A stretch of DNA of 64,000 nt. It comes from Cyanidioschyzon merolae (Eukaryota). The position numbers and the translations under genes are program-made. The notes beneath the pieces are model-generated. The model did no database searches and was not told where the DNA came from. It saw only the letters and a list, made by a program, of their open reading frames with translations. Shown here piece by piece: positions 32,442-42,978 of this stretch. The stretch is from the NCBI GenBank assembly GCA_000091205.1, contig AP006488.2; one strand, given 5' to 3'. Every line of letters starts with the position of its first letter. The first letter of the stretch is position 1.

Positions 32442-33805
32442 TGCTAGGATATGGACGTCTCAGCGTTCCAGGAAGTACCTTACGTCATCTAGTATCGAGG
32501 CTGTCCCACAAATATTCCATGATGCGGAACCTATCGAGTCGTAGCGCATAAGGGAATAGGAATAGCGCTGCGGTACTCGAGAGATACGTTGTCGATTGAG
32601 ATGCACCCTCCACGGCGTGTGAGAACGCACATGCCACCATTGCCTCCTGCATTCCAGTCGTTCAGTGAGTGTCTGCCGCAGCGCTAGCGTAGAATCAGAT
32701 GTACATTAGTCAAAGTCGATTCGAATGCGACCTTTATCTTGCCGGACGTGTGAAGCTACCTTCAACCACTGGGGATACGCTATGAACCACCCTGTCAGCG
32801 GCTTCGTATCCGCTCCCCAAATACATAGGCGGGCAAGTCGCTTGTTCCAGCTTCTACCGCGAACATACTGCCAGCTGTCTTCCGAAGTATCCGCCGAGAT
32901 TGTTTCCAAAGTTGAGGTAGGTACCCAAGGTAGGAGGTAAAACTGAGCCCGATTTCGAGGATGGATCTAGGATTCGCGCCGGAACCCGCAGCGTTGTTTC
33001 GAGAGCAGCGGATAACTGCTCAGCATTCTCGTCAACTTTTTCTGCTGCTGCTGCCTCCGCCCTTCCGTTCCTTGCGGTCAAGGTTCCTGTTGTGGGCTTC
33101 CTTCCTCGTCGCCCGAGCACCCCGTGTTTACCCACTTTCAGAGCTTCTCCGGAAAAACTAGACCTCTTAGGCGGGCGTGGTGTGTGGGTCTTTAAGATAG
33201 TTGTTGTTTATTAAATAGTTTGCGACTAGTTTGTTTTTTTCGTCTCCTATCAATGCGGCAGATGCCGAGATCATTCTACGGGAAAAAATCCGAAGCGGCT
33301 ATTCAGTCGTTTTATGGTCTACCGCGGGTTCGCCTCGCCGTTTCGTGTGCGGAAACAGACCAGCAGCGGCATCACTCGTGTGCGCCTGCTTGGTATCGCT
33401 CCGAACGGCTTCAAAGCGTCGACTAGAAAAGTCGCGCATGCGTCTGGTAGCGCGTCTGGCATGCTAGTCCAGTGCCCACAAACGATGATCGTTTCCCTGC
33501 ACGCTGTCCGAGCATTGGACGCGATGGCTTCAATACCGCCTGACTCCAGCCATCCTTTCTTGATCGGCGGAACGTTTACACTGACCAGAGATACATGCCA
33601 CTGTGCAACTGGATATCTGCATCCGGGAAAGCGTCCGTGATAACTCGCGCTACGTCAAAGTTCCACGACGCGTACTTATGCTCGGAGGGTGTGGTCTATG
33701 CATAGGTTCCGCAGCACACCGAGTCTGCTGTGAGCGCTCGCCAAGACGCCTGTAGCGCCGGCGCTGATGCAGCACACTGACAGAAAAGCTTTGCAAGAAC
33801 GTTGA

Positions 33806-33925
33806 GCGTGTCGGCTCGAGGCGCCGTTCATCGATCGCAGGGTCGTGTCTCGTCGTCCGTGGGTGCTCGCCCAGTCTGCGTATGCAGACCTGCCTTCGCG
33901 GCACGACGGGTTTGAGAAACCCCGC
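33806..33925. repeat. Dispersed repeat, copy 2 of the pair with 28712-28830.
   Basis: See copy 1. The spacing is ~5.1 kb, bracketing the LINE. Confidence 0.6.
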
Positions 33926-34358
33926 GATGACGAAGAATCCAAGAGGCCGAGTCTCAACTTTGCTCGTTATCCACCAGTGAGGTGGTGTACGAATCGCTGG
34001 ACTCGCGTGCGCATCTAGTTCGTGGAACCATTCGCCTAGAACGTTGCACACAACGACTGGCCCAGAGATCCAGAGTAATTCCAGCGGATTCACTCCAGAG
34101 CGATTCTTTCTCGCACAAGAACGGGCGTCTAGAATCCGATTCCGCGGATGTGCAACTGCTGCTTGTCATCAGAAAAGAGATCAGGATCCTTCACAGATGC
34201 ACCCCGTGCGCCAGCTCTACCAGCATCATATTCATCTTTTGCTTGTGAATCGAGGCTACCACTCCCGATCGAGATGCATCAGCGGATACGAGCAGGAAAC
34301 TGCCCCAAGGCGTACATCGTTGCAAGTGAACGCTGCCCATACGAGTGAGGCCATAGCG

Positions 34359-34859
34359 CTAACCGGAGAAGTAGCGCTTTGCGAGATTTTTAGCCACTTC
34401 GTGGAACCGCTTGCTCGTAATCGGTGCATCCTCTTCTTGGAATGGGTTGCACACCACATGAGGCACATAGGCCTCGTACACGGCGTGCAGAAACGCCCGT
34501 ACGTTCCGTGACGCATCGTCGCTAGCCCCATGCACTAATACGAAGCGCGTGGCTGCGTTCGGCGTGAGCTGAACCGATGCAGACCAGTCACGGAATCGGA
34601 AGATATGCTTCAAACTTCGGGCCGAGGTTAACCAATATTTCTCCTCGATATGGTCCAGAGCGCTGTAGGCAACGAACTGCAGGAGAACCTGGATGCTCGG
34701 TATGAAATGATGGGGCTCGAAGTCTCCACGCTCTGCCGGACTCGAGAGCTCTGAGCTCGTTCTCCAGTCCAGCTCGGAGAGCGATGCCGGATACAAGAGA
34801 TCGTAGAGAACACGGTCATCTCGTCCGACGATCACAAAATAATAGAGCCGCTCGCTCAT
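34359..34859 (-). CDS. TRAPPC2: TRAPP complex subunit 2 (sedlin/Trs20).
   Basis: 'MSERLYYFVIVGRDDRVLYDL...FIPSIQVLLQFVAYSALDHIEEKYWL...RFVLVHGASDDASRNVRAFLHAVYEAYVPHVVCNPFQ' matches the sedlin fold signature (MSGSFYFVIVGHHDNPVFE...FIAHAALDLVDENMWL...FIMLHD...NPFY). ATG start confirmed at 34857-34859. Confidence 0.85.
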   Translation of the reverse strand: MSERLYYFVIVGRDDRVLYDLLYPASLSELDWRTSSELSSPAERGDFEPHHFIPSIQVLLQFVAYSALDHIEEKYWLTSARSLKHIFRFRDWSASVQLTPNAATRFVLVHGASDDASRNVRAFLHAVYEAYVPHVVCNPFQEEDAPITSKRFHEVAKNLAKRYFSG

Positions 34860-35289
34860 GGTACGACGTTATCGATCTTCCCCGCCTGCCGCGGTTGCCT
34901 CTAAAACCAAGATGATGCCGGGTCCGCAACACCGCCAAAAGACGCGGCAGTTCCCCAAAACCGGGATCAATCAGCGCTCGGGGAGTAGCGCCCCGCCGAA
35001 AGCACCGAACCCTGCTCTAGGTTCAAGAGCAAATCGCAAACAACCCGTCTACGTCTTTTCAAACGTTTGCCGAACCAGGGCAACGAAAGATACGTCAAGT
35101 GCTGATCAGGCTCCAACGACGGTCGTCGTAACAGCAACGATAGCAGTCGTAATGATATCAGCAGCAGGAACAGTAACAATAGTAGTAGCCTGAACCTGTA
35201 CCCAGTGCCACTAGTGCCAGTCAACGGAGCCAGGACAGCTGAACTGCACTTTCCCAAATTCAGGTGCCCTGCTTCATACCCTGCCTTTG

Positions 35290-35576
35290 AAATAAGACAC
35301 AAACTCAGCTCTAAACCCTGAAACAGAAATAACAGCAGTTTTACTGAACGTTCCCACAGCTCTTGTTTCCTGACAAGTTGAGGCTGCTGCTAGGCGTCAC
35401 ACCTCCGAATTGTACAGGCACGTGTGCGCTGAAACAAGACACAAACTCAGCTCTAAACCCTGAAACACAAATAACAGCAGTTTTACTGAACGTTCCCACA
35501 GCTCTTGTTTCCTGACAAGTTGAGGCTGCTGGTAGGCGTCACACCTCCGAATTGTACAGGCACGTGTGCGCTCTTA
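35290..35576. repeat. 2 x ~143-bp tandem duplication in the 5' region of the 35.7-36.6 kb gene.
   Basis: 'aa(g/c)acacaaactcagctctaaaccctgaaaca(g/c)aaataacagcagttttactgaacgttcccacagctcttgtttcctgacaagttgaggctgctg(c/g)taggcgtcacacctccgaattgtacaggcacgtgtgcgct' occurs twice head-to-tail. Confidence 0.85.
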
Positions 35577-35684
35577 AGAGAAACGCCGCTGCAGGGCGTC
35601 TGGGCAAACAGCACAGCGGCTCTGGAGGGAGCGACGCTGTTGCGACAACGAGTTGAGGTTTGTTTCGAGCGAGAGTTTGCTCCT

Positions 35685-36629
35685 ATGGTCCAAGATACAG
35701 CTTGGGTAGCTTGGGGTTGCAGGCCAACTTGGTGTACGCGGACGGTCTCAAGCGGGCAAGGCCATAGTCGAGACGCTGGGTGCTGCAGGTACGCCGGCAA
35801 CCGCCAGCAGCGGTGGCACCCAAAGCTGCCAGCACGCGGTTTTCCTCTGGTTGAAGGTAAACGGCTCTGGTGCCGCAAGCTTGGGGCTTTGCGCGGGCGC
35901 TTTCGAGCAACAGCAGACCCACCAAGCGATGATAAAGACGGCGCTGAGGAGTCGTCGTCGGACAAGCACGAGGAGGACGCTCAGCAGCCGCCACCTGGCG
36001 AGCGCCCGTTGCACCAGATTCCTGGCACTTCTTTGCCGTTAGAGGAACTTCAGAAACGCATACAACAGATGAAGCAAACTAGGGCGAGCGCTGATAGCCC
36101 CGAGGACGCCGCCAGAGACCAGACCACCCGTGCAGGTAACAGCGAGCGCTCTGTATTCGAAGTCGAAGCGACTGTTGTCGAGGGATCGCAAACGCCCTAT
36201 GACGCTTCGAAAGAGGTCTGCGTGCTTGTGTTTCGCTCGTCACCTCGTGGTGACGGGATCTACAGTCTCCGGCTGGGCGACGAAGACATTATTTTGGCCT
36301 TCGAGCGGGACGTGGAGGCCATACGCTACGCGCGTTTACTAGCGGCGCAGGAGTTTCCCGAGCCGCACGTCGAAAAACTGCAGATAGGTGAGGTCTATGC
36401 GTTCTGCGAACAAGCCGGCCTGCGTATGGGACTGGTTCCATCCGGCATGATGGTGATCCCTCCAGAGGACAACATGCCCGGCTATGAGCGGTACTTCCGC
36501 GACGCAAAGGATCAGGGGCCTCCAGATCGCGAATACGTGGGAGAGCTCACTGAACGTCAACTGAATGAGCTGAAAAATCGCCTTGGACGACTTGTGGACG
36601 GCGATTCAGGGCCAAGCAGCCTCGACTAG
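35685..36629 (+). CDS. DUF3110-like protein (cyanobacterial/plastid-lineage family) with an acidic N-terminal extension. The ORF opens at TTG at 35505; the first ATG is ~35685.
   Basis: The C-terminal 90 aa 'VCVLVFRSSPRGDGIYSLRLGDEDIILAFERDVEAIRYARLLAAQEFPEPHVEKLQIGEVYAFCEQAGLRMGLVPSGMMVIPPE' follows my recollection of the DUF3110 pattern (VLLF.....eGI.sL..g....vLaFE.eddA.RYA.LLeAQdFPeP.VE.i....v..FC...G.....VP.G....PPE). This is from memory, not a database hit. Confidence 0.5.
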   Translation: MVQDTAWVAWGCRPTWCTRTVSSGQGHSRDAGCCRYAGNRQQRWHPKLPARGFPLVEGKRLWCRKLGALRGRFRATADPPSDDKDGAEESSSDKHEEDAQQPPPGERPLHQIPGTSLPLEELQKRIQQMKQTRASADSPEDAARDQTTRAGNSERSVFEVEATVVEGSQTPYDASKEVCVLVFRSSPRGDGIYSLRLGDEDIILAFERDVEAIRYARLLAAQEFPEPHVEKLQIGEVYAFCEQAGLRMGLVPSGMMVIPPEDNMPGYERYFRDAKDQGPPDREYVGELTERQLNELKNRLGRLVDGDSGPSSLD

Positions 36630-37480
36630 GGTAGCGATCCGACACGAGCGTGCCGTTCGAGTCGGTCGGAGCCGCTCGCGCTCTGGTACGAATGGCGGCA
36701 CATGCATCATGACACGCTACCTTATGGAGTACTTGGGAACGAATGGATTGCTCACGATGCAAATCAAGGTTACGGAGATGGGTAGGGTTGTTTGGATTTC
36801 GGGTGCCTGCTCTACGCTGGTACATAAGCACAAAGCGTTTATCACTGTGGAACGCGGTGATCAGCGTAACCTCCGGTGATTGCTCACGATTACCGGAGCC
36901 GATAGTGATAATGATGATGGTGGTGATGATTTCAGCCGAATACGGTGAGACTAGCAGTCCGTGCTTGGTTACGTGAACGGTGTGCAGACGCCTACTCTGG
37001 CGACCACGCGCGTAGTGAACCAGTTCGCAGCACTTTTTCCGCGAACAGTGAACGTGCTCAAGCGAGCGTCTATGGATGGCCGCTGATGATGCTGTTGTTT
37101 TTGTATTTGCTACGACTACGACTACTACTGCTGCTGCTGCTGCTGCAATATGTTGTTGTAGGGATCAATTGCTAAAAGACCGATCGACGGGGGATGCTGA
37201 TGCTGGCGTCCATTCAACGAAAAGGTATGCGTTTCTGGATGTTCCAGATGCTTATCCCTTTCGATAAAGAATCCTCGATAGCTTCGATACCGTGCGTGAT
37301 GAGTCCTACACCAGTGAATCCCAATGCATGCCGAGAGTGCGAGGTTGGCATGCTCCTGACAGACACATCATCAAAGAAAAAGTCCATTGGCGTCATCGCT
37401 GGCCCTTATTTCACATCCGAGTTTCCGCCATACCTTTTTGCGGAAGGTGAAAACGCTTCGCGGGATACACGCTAACGCCT

Positions 37481-38428
37481 CTAAGATTTCTCGGGCGATC
37501 GCGGGTTGCTTGGAGCTGCACTTTTCGACACCAGCTCTACAACTTGATCGGACATTTTCCTCTGCTCGATTGCGGGCGCAGACTGTTCGGCTGACAGAGC
37601 GCCAACGCTTCCGTCAGCGAAAAAGGTGGTACCCTGCCCTGCTCTTCGAAGCAGGGGTAAAACGCGTAATGCAGTACCTGCCGGACATGGCTCGCCGATG
37701 CTCACTGCGGGTAAACTCTTCGTGGTCGTTCTCCCATGAGCCAATGATGCCAGCGCTTTGGCAGCGGTAGCCTGCGCAAGAGAATCCAACCGAGACTGGT
37801 CAATGGAACGGCTTTTCGGCTCGGGGTAGTCATACATGATGTGCACCGTCCGTGGGATATCCACCGCTGAGGCGCTGGTCCGCCATCGCGTGTGACTCGC
37901 TGTTCCATCCGGGTAGCCGGGTTCGCCTCCAGGTCGCAGTTTTCGTGCCAGAAGTTCCTCCTTGCGCGGACGGCCACGTTTTCGACGAGGTAGCTGTGAC
38001 GCCACAGCCGGCAAAGCATCTCTACCCGTTCGACTCGAGCGATACATCATGTCTGTCACAGCGGATTCTCCGTTTGCGTTCGTGTTCTCCCCGAGCTCTT
38101 TCGAAGCCCCACCTGACGCATTGGATGAAGAAAACTCCGTCTCCTGTTCCGACGCCAACGCTTTACTCGGGGCGTCACTTGCGATTCGGTTGCTTGCGCA
38201 GTCCTGGATATCTGCAGACTGATGCGGCGGCGGTCGCTTCGTACACAAAGTCGGTCTCTCGGCGGGCACAAATGGCATCTGTGTTTCTCGCGCATCGTAT
38301 TTAGCGTCTGTCAACGGGGGTACATGGACCGCTTCGTCTGCTCCTTCGCCAAAGACTGGGCTGTCTGCGTCTGCAGAATCTGGGTCCCTCGAGTCCCGGA
38401 CGTTCTGCGCTCCCTGCAACTCGCCCAT
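37481..38428 (-). CDS. Hypothetical AT-hook-containing protein.
   Basis: A 315-aa ORF with an ATG start. It contains an AT-hook-like 'RRKRGRPRKEE' and is acidic/Ser-rich and low-complexity. Overlapping + strand ORFs are judged spurious. Confidence 0.35.
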   Translation of the reverse strand: MGELQGAQNVRDSRDPDSADADSPVFGEGADEAVHVPPLTDAKYDARETQMPFVPAERPTLCTKRPPPHQSADIQDCASNRIASDAPSKALASEQETEFSSSNASGGASKELGENTNANGESAVTDMMYRSSRTGRDALPAVASQLPRRKRGRPRKEELLARKLRPGGEPGYPDGTASHTRWRTSASAVDIPRTVHIMYDYPEPKSRSIDQSRLDSLAQATAAKALASLAHGRTTTKSLPAVSIGEPCPAGTALRVLPLLRRAGQGTTFFADGSVGALSAEQSAPAIEQRKMSDQVVELVSKSAAPSNPRSPEKS

Positions 38429-39389
38429 ACACGCTACTTGTCCTTGACCTTGCAGGACCTAAATATCGTTGTAAAGGGGCGTGGACAATGCCCCAAAATG
38501 CCCCCCTGACCGCAGACAGATCGCTGACGTTTGTGACTTGACAAGTATACGGACGAGCGGAGCGCGCGAGCCAGCCCCGTGCCGCACGCGCGCTCTAAAG
38601 ACGCTTTTCTTTTCCGGTTTTTACGTAATACCGTAGCGCGTACGCTTTTCGACGCACTCCTGAATATCTCTGCCCCGCCTTGAGGTCTTTATGTACACGT
38701 GCCCCGCACAAGTCCGAAACCCGCGAACAAAACCGGGAAGCGCGACCGCGAACGCTGACACAGCGTAGCCGGGAATGCGCGCTCTCCAGAACTTGTACGA
38801 AGTTGACACCAACACAACCATCCGTCGAGAAATTCCCTAATTCGTAAGGGAATTTCGTACCTTGTTTGTCAATCGCTTCCCGCAGTGCCCAGCTGACACC
38901 CGATCCGCGTCCCTGCACCGTTCTCGCGTCGACTGGGTTGCGGGTGAGCGTCCCAAGCCACAATGCGCTAGCGCCTCGACGAGCTACGCGTGTCGTCTAA
39001 CAACGCTGGCACCATCAGTGTACAGTTTACCGCGAAGAACGCATGATCCGCTTGATGAAACTCGCATATTCTGAAATGTGTGCGCACTAGATCAGGACGT
39101 TGACTTCATTTCACACCACTCGGGATTCCTCCGTTGCACACGACATCATGGCACAGGCGCTGAGCAACATACGTGGAAAACACCGATTTCCAGGCTATAC
39201 CCCGTAGCAGCGGGCAACGTCCATCTGACAACGACACCCCAGCAGTGCGCTGTTCCGAAGCACCGACGCAGACGCTCCGCGCCACGGCAGCCGACAGCAA
39301 GCAGGCAATCGTCGCTGCGGGTGCAGTCCCAGGGGACCGTTGGTCTCTGTGTACTCAGCGAGACCGCGGTTCGAAACACAGTTGCTTGT

Positions 39390-39809
39390 ATGCAGTCGTC
39401 GCGGTTTGGTTGGTCTAGTACTGGTTCAGATCAAACACCGGTTCCGGGGAAGGCCCCAGGGCTTGCAACGCACCTTGACGGGAGCAGTGCGGAGAAGGAA
39501 CGAGCCGATGAAGCTGCTCGCCAAGCGGCTGCCGCGGAGGAAGAGCGAAGGCGTTCGCTTCTGCGTCTGATTCTCAGTGAGGAAGCTTCTGAACGCTTAG
39601 CTCGTGTCGCGCTCGTGAAACCGGACAGAGCAAGGGCGGTAGAAGACTACCTGCTGCGAGCTGCGCGCTTTGGGGAACTAGCTCCAGGCTCGCGGGTTAC
39701 CGAAGAGCAACTGATTGCGCTCCTGCAACGGGTGCACACCGAGTCGGAACATAGGCCATGCGTGACGATTGCTCGGCGCAGGACCTGGTCTGATGACGAA
39801 GATGAGTAA
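39390..39809 (+). CDS. PDCD5: Programmed cell death protein 5 (PDCD5/TFAR19)-like dsDNA-binding protein. The ORF track opens at GTG 39078; the likely ATG is 39390.
   Basis: 'EEERRRSLLRLILSEEASERLARVALVKPDRARAVEDYLLRAARFGELAPGSRVTEEQLIALLQRVHTESEHRPCVTIARRRTWSDDEDE' aligns along the whole PDCD5 core ([79 protein letters not shown]). Confidence 0.8.
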   Translation: MQSSRFGWSSTGSDQTPVPGKAPGLATHLDGSSAEKERADEAARQAAAAEEERRRSLLRLILSEEASERLARVALVKPDRARAVEDYLLRAARFGELAPGSRVTEEQLIALLQRVHTESEHRPCVTIARRRTWSDDEDE

Positions 39810-40297
39810 GGCAAGCAGAGGCGGTATTGACGTGCGCCTTGGAGCAACGGTCGCTCGGCTGCTGCGGGGGCCAGGCGCTCGCCCGCACTATTGCCACGCG
39901 AAGGCAGCGCCACATGATCCAGGCGTTTTCACCGAAAGCACCGCATGTTCGCTAGTGACGGATGATGCCCGACGACTGCTGTGCTGGGCAGGGTGGTCGC
40001 GCTACGCCGCAGAGGCGTGAAGCTGCTCGTCAAGTGGTTGGAACCTGGGCGTCGGCCTGTGCGGCACGCTTGCGAACACACACACGTACATACATAGATA
40101 CACACACAGCAAAGCGTAGTGCGTACTTGGTGCAAGGAAGCACGCCGCGATCACATACCAGTCCAACCGAAAGCGCGAGACGTGCACACCAATGCACTGC
40201 CTACCTCACTAACACACCAACGCACATCAGACTGGAGGAACAATACCGCAGATACCGGCTGTGTCGGCTTCGATTCAGACGTTTGACACGTGGACGT

Positions 40298-42043
40298 TTA
40301 CGCAGTGTCCAACCAGGGCGAGTCCAGGGCGGCGACCCCGGCAGCAACTCCACCGTCATCCTGCCGTGCTAGCTTAGTCCGTAGGAGATGCCCAACTGCC
40401 TGATTCAAAGTCTCTATCACACCGATGGATCCAGGCGACCCGGCATTCTCAGTGCTCCCGAAAAATATCCCGAAAATACCGAGCTCGGAAACACAGTCGC
40501 TCTGTACTGGTGTGTGTCCGTTTCGGAGGATAACATTCGGAGATATACCTGGGTGAATTCTATCCATGAGTACGTAAGCGCAAAGTGGGTGGTCTGGGTC
40601 CTGTCGATGTGCCAACATGTCGGGAGCATTCCACGTGCGTTCAATGAATGTTTTCATCTCTGCTCCATAGAGATTATGACCGCCACCTTCACGTTGTGGC
40701 TTGAGAACATAGTTTTCCGGCTGATCCAGCACGCGCTGCACCAGCGCAGCACGCGTACTTGGATCATCGAACGCATACATCCCTACGAAAGTCTCACGCA
40801 GCGCCTCGGCTTTGGGATGCGATGGACGAATCGTTGACGCTGCCGCATGCCCATGCGTCATGCGCTCCGACCCGCGCGTATCGTCCAGATACCGCTCTAG
40901 GACACCAGGTTCGCCCAGAATCTGTTGCATGCGCTTCGTTCCGACCAACTGATACGAGGCGTTTGGGCACTCTACCGCATTGGAGCGCGCAATCATCGCT
41001 CGAGCTTGCCACTCGCGATCGCTTGCATAGTCCTGCGGCACGTAACCGGCGCGATAGTAAACAACCGAGATGAACGCCTGCTCCGTTTCCGCGTTTGAGG
41101 TGCTGCGAAGCTGCAACGTCGGACGTGATCCTTCTGCTCCGCCGACGAGTTGTCCGTTCTGAGCAATCTCGGTAAGCGTTGCGCGCCGCACCCGAATATT
41201 GTGCTCCTTCCACAACGTCAGTTCGATCCACTTCTGATCGTAGATATTGCGCTCCTTCGGTTGGACCACGAAGAGAATCACCGTGCTTCCAACGGGTGAC
41301 GAATAGCGCTCGTGCTGGGCGCGCCACCAGCGGTGCGCATGGGCAAGTGCCTCCGCAATACCCTCGAGCGCTCCGCTCTCGGGCATGTTGTTTTCGCACT
41401 GCCCCCGTCGCCATGAAGCAAGCTGCGCCATTGCCCCGTCGAACTGACCGGATCCATCCGAATGTGAACCGTGTCGGAGTTCGCTGGCGAGTCCGAGAAT
41501 ATCCGCGCGGTGCAGGACGTGTGTATGGAGTGCCCGTAGACGGCTGCCGAGTGCTCCAAAGGAGCTCGCAATGGTATTGATTTCCACCAGCTGCAACCGG
41601 CCGTTTGCAGTTACAAAGTAATCCGCACGCGTAACGCTCAAAGCCGGAACATCCGCTTTCAAGGGCTGCTGTCTGACAAGGTCACATAATCGAGCGGTGA
41701 AATCATCTTGAGAAGCAGTTGAGTGCAAGCTCTGGAGCAGAAAAGGAGTATCTCGGGCGAGCCCGTCGATGCAACGGTGCAAGGTTGCCACCAGGCTCCG
41801 GGCTTGGTGGTAGCAGGCGCGCGGAATGACCGTTGGGAAAAGCGTCATGGGCACCGGCACCGCCGTCCAGGTTTGAACTTGATTGCATTCAGTACCGGAC
41901 GACGTTTCTAGGGCCATAACCAAGCCATAGAGCACTGCCGCACACTGGGCGTATTCGGCGAGCTCATGAACGTCGGCTGGTGACGGCACACGCACCAGAA
42001 AGGGTAGCTTCAGCTCAACGGCCGACGACGACGACGACGACAT
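40298..42043 (-). CDS. GSS: Glutathione synthetase, eukaryotic type. The ORF extends to a TTG at ~42205; the likely start is the ATG before the poly-Ser at ~42043, +/-1.
   Basis: 'QDDFTARL', '[59 protein letters not shown]' and '[20 protein letters not shown]' match the conserved eukaryotic GSH-synthetase blocks ([75 protein letters not shown]). It also has 'GHLLRTK...[8 protein letters not shown].LD'. Confidence 0.9.
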   Translation of the reverse strand: [581 protein letters not shown]

Positions 42044-42464
42044 GCCCCCAGCCGATAACTTTACGCCCAAAAATGGTGTCCCGTTGGAAACGTTTCGTGT
42101 CGGGACGCAGGCGGGGTCCACGCAACGAAAGTCGACTCCGCTGCAGCAGCTAAACGCGACTCGCCGCAGCGCTCTTGACGACGCTGCGTCGCACGCGTGA
42201 AACAACTGACACCCAAACTGGCAAACTTGTTGCCAAACTCGTCACAATTTACCACAAACCGAGTTCCAAAAAGCAGTCCCCTCACGTGACTTCGCCCGAG
42301 ACAAACCGCGGCAGCGTACGCTTGTTTGCAGAGCCGAACAAGCCAGCGCCCCGCTGAGTCGGCTCCAGGAGCCCCGCTCGGACACGGGGCAATGCTGCGG
42401 GTCCAGGGCCTGGACTAGACCTCTGGATGCTGTACAGGTTGCTGGTGGATTTTCTGCTGGTCTG

Positions 42465-42500
42465 TGTGTGTGTGTCTGTGTCTGTGTCTGTGTCTGTGTC
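42465..42500. repeat. (GT)n/(GTCT)n microsatellite upstream of the glutathione synthetase gene. A (GAC)6 tract at 42022-42040 encodes the poly-Ser.
   Basis: gtgtgtgtgtgtgtctgtgtctgtgtctgtgtctgtgtc. Confidence 0.9.
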
Positions 42501-42978
42501 ACTTTTTCCGTACCTCCACTCCGGTTCCAAGAGCCAACTGGAGTACTAGACCAAACAAATTTCAGAGACGAGCAAGAGTTGCCCCATGATGTTGACGCAC
42601 TCCGCACCTGGCAGACGCCGAGGCGGCTCCAGAGTATAGCGAGCAAGCCCAGGATCCAGCGTCTAAGCGTATGAACGATTTGAAGATTCACCTCCATACA
42701 CGATGATCTTCTTTTGCCGAATGCCGACGACGATGCGATACAAGCGCGAACTACGGATCGCTGTATCTTCCTGATGCATTCCTGCCATGCCGACGAAACG
42801 AGCCATGATACGATGCATTGCCGCTGTCAAGTAGCAGGTCATTCGCGCTACGCATGCCGGTCCACAGGCGTTGGGTTCCACAATGAACTCACGGAAGCGC
42901 GCTCCCTTCTCGGGAACACACGACGCTAGTGGCCTTCTGGGTCGCTCACGAAACTCGTCGGAGGGCGTTCCAGGTGCG

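Larger units (their letters stand above)
29400..32500 (-). mobile_element. Non-LTR retrotransposon (LINE) with APE-type endonuclease and reverse transcriptase, frameshifted and degenerate.
   Basis: ORF 31512-32441 (-) has an EEP/APE endonuclease (MIIMGDFNM..., SIDHILSD, SDHWPIHC). ORF 30452-31480 (-) has RT domain 0/1 (KTPGIDGIATEWMKL). ORF 29924-30259 (-) has RT 'LLLADDVVLLA' (xADD box). ORF 29686-30075 (-) is the RT C-terminal region. The pieces are in consecutive order but in different frames. No poly-A tail is seen. Confidence 0.7.

Noticed and set aside
28712-33925. Reading the 115-bp direct repeats as target-site duplications of the LINE.
   Set aside because: TSDs are short (<25 bp) and near-identical. 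These are >100 bp and ~25% diverged, so they are copies of an older repeat.
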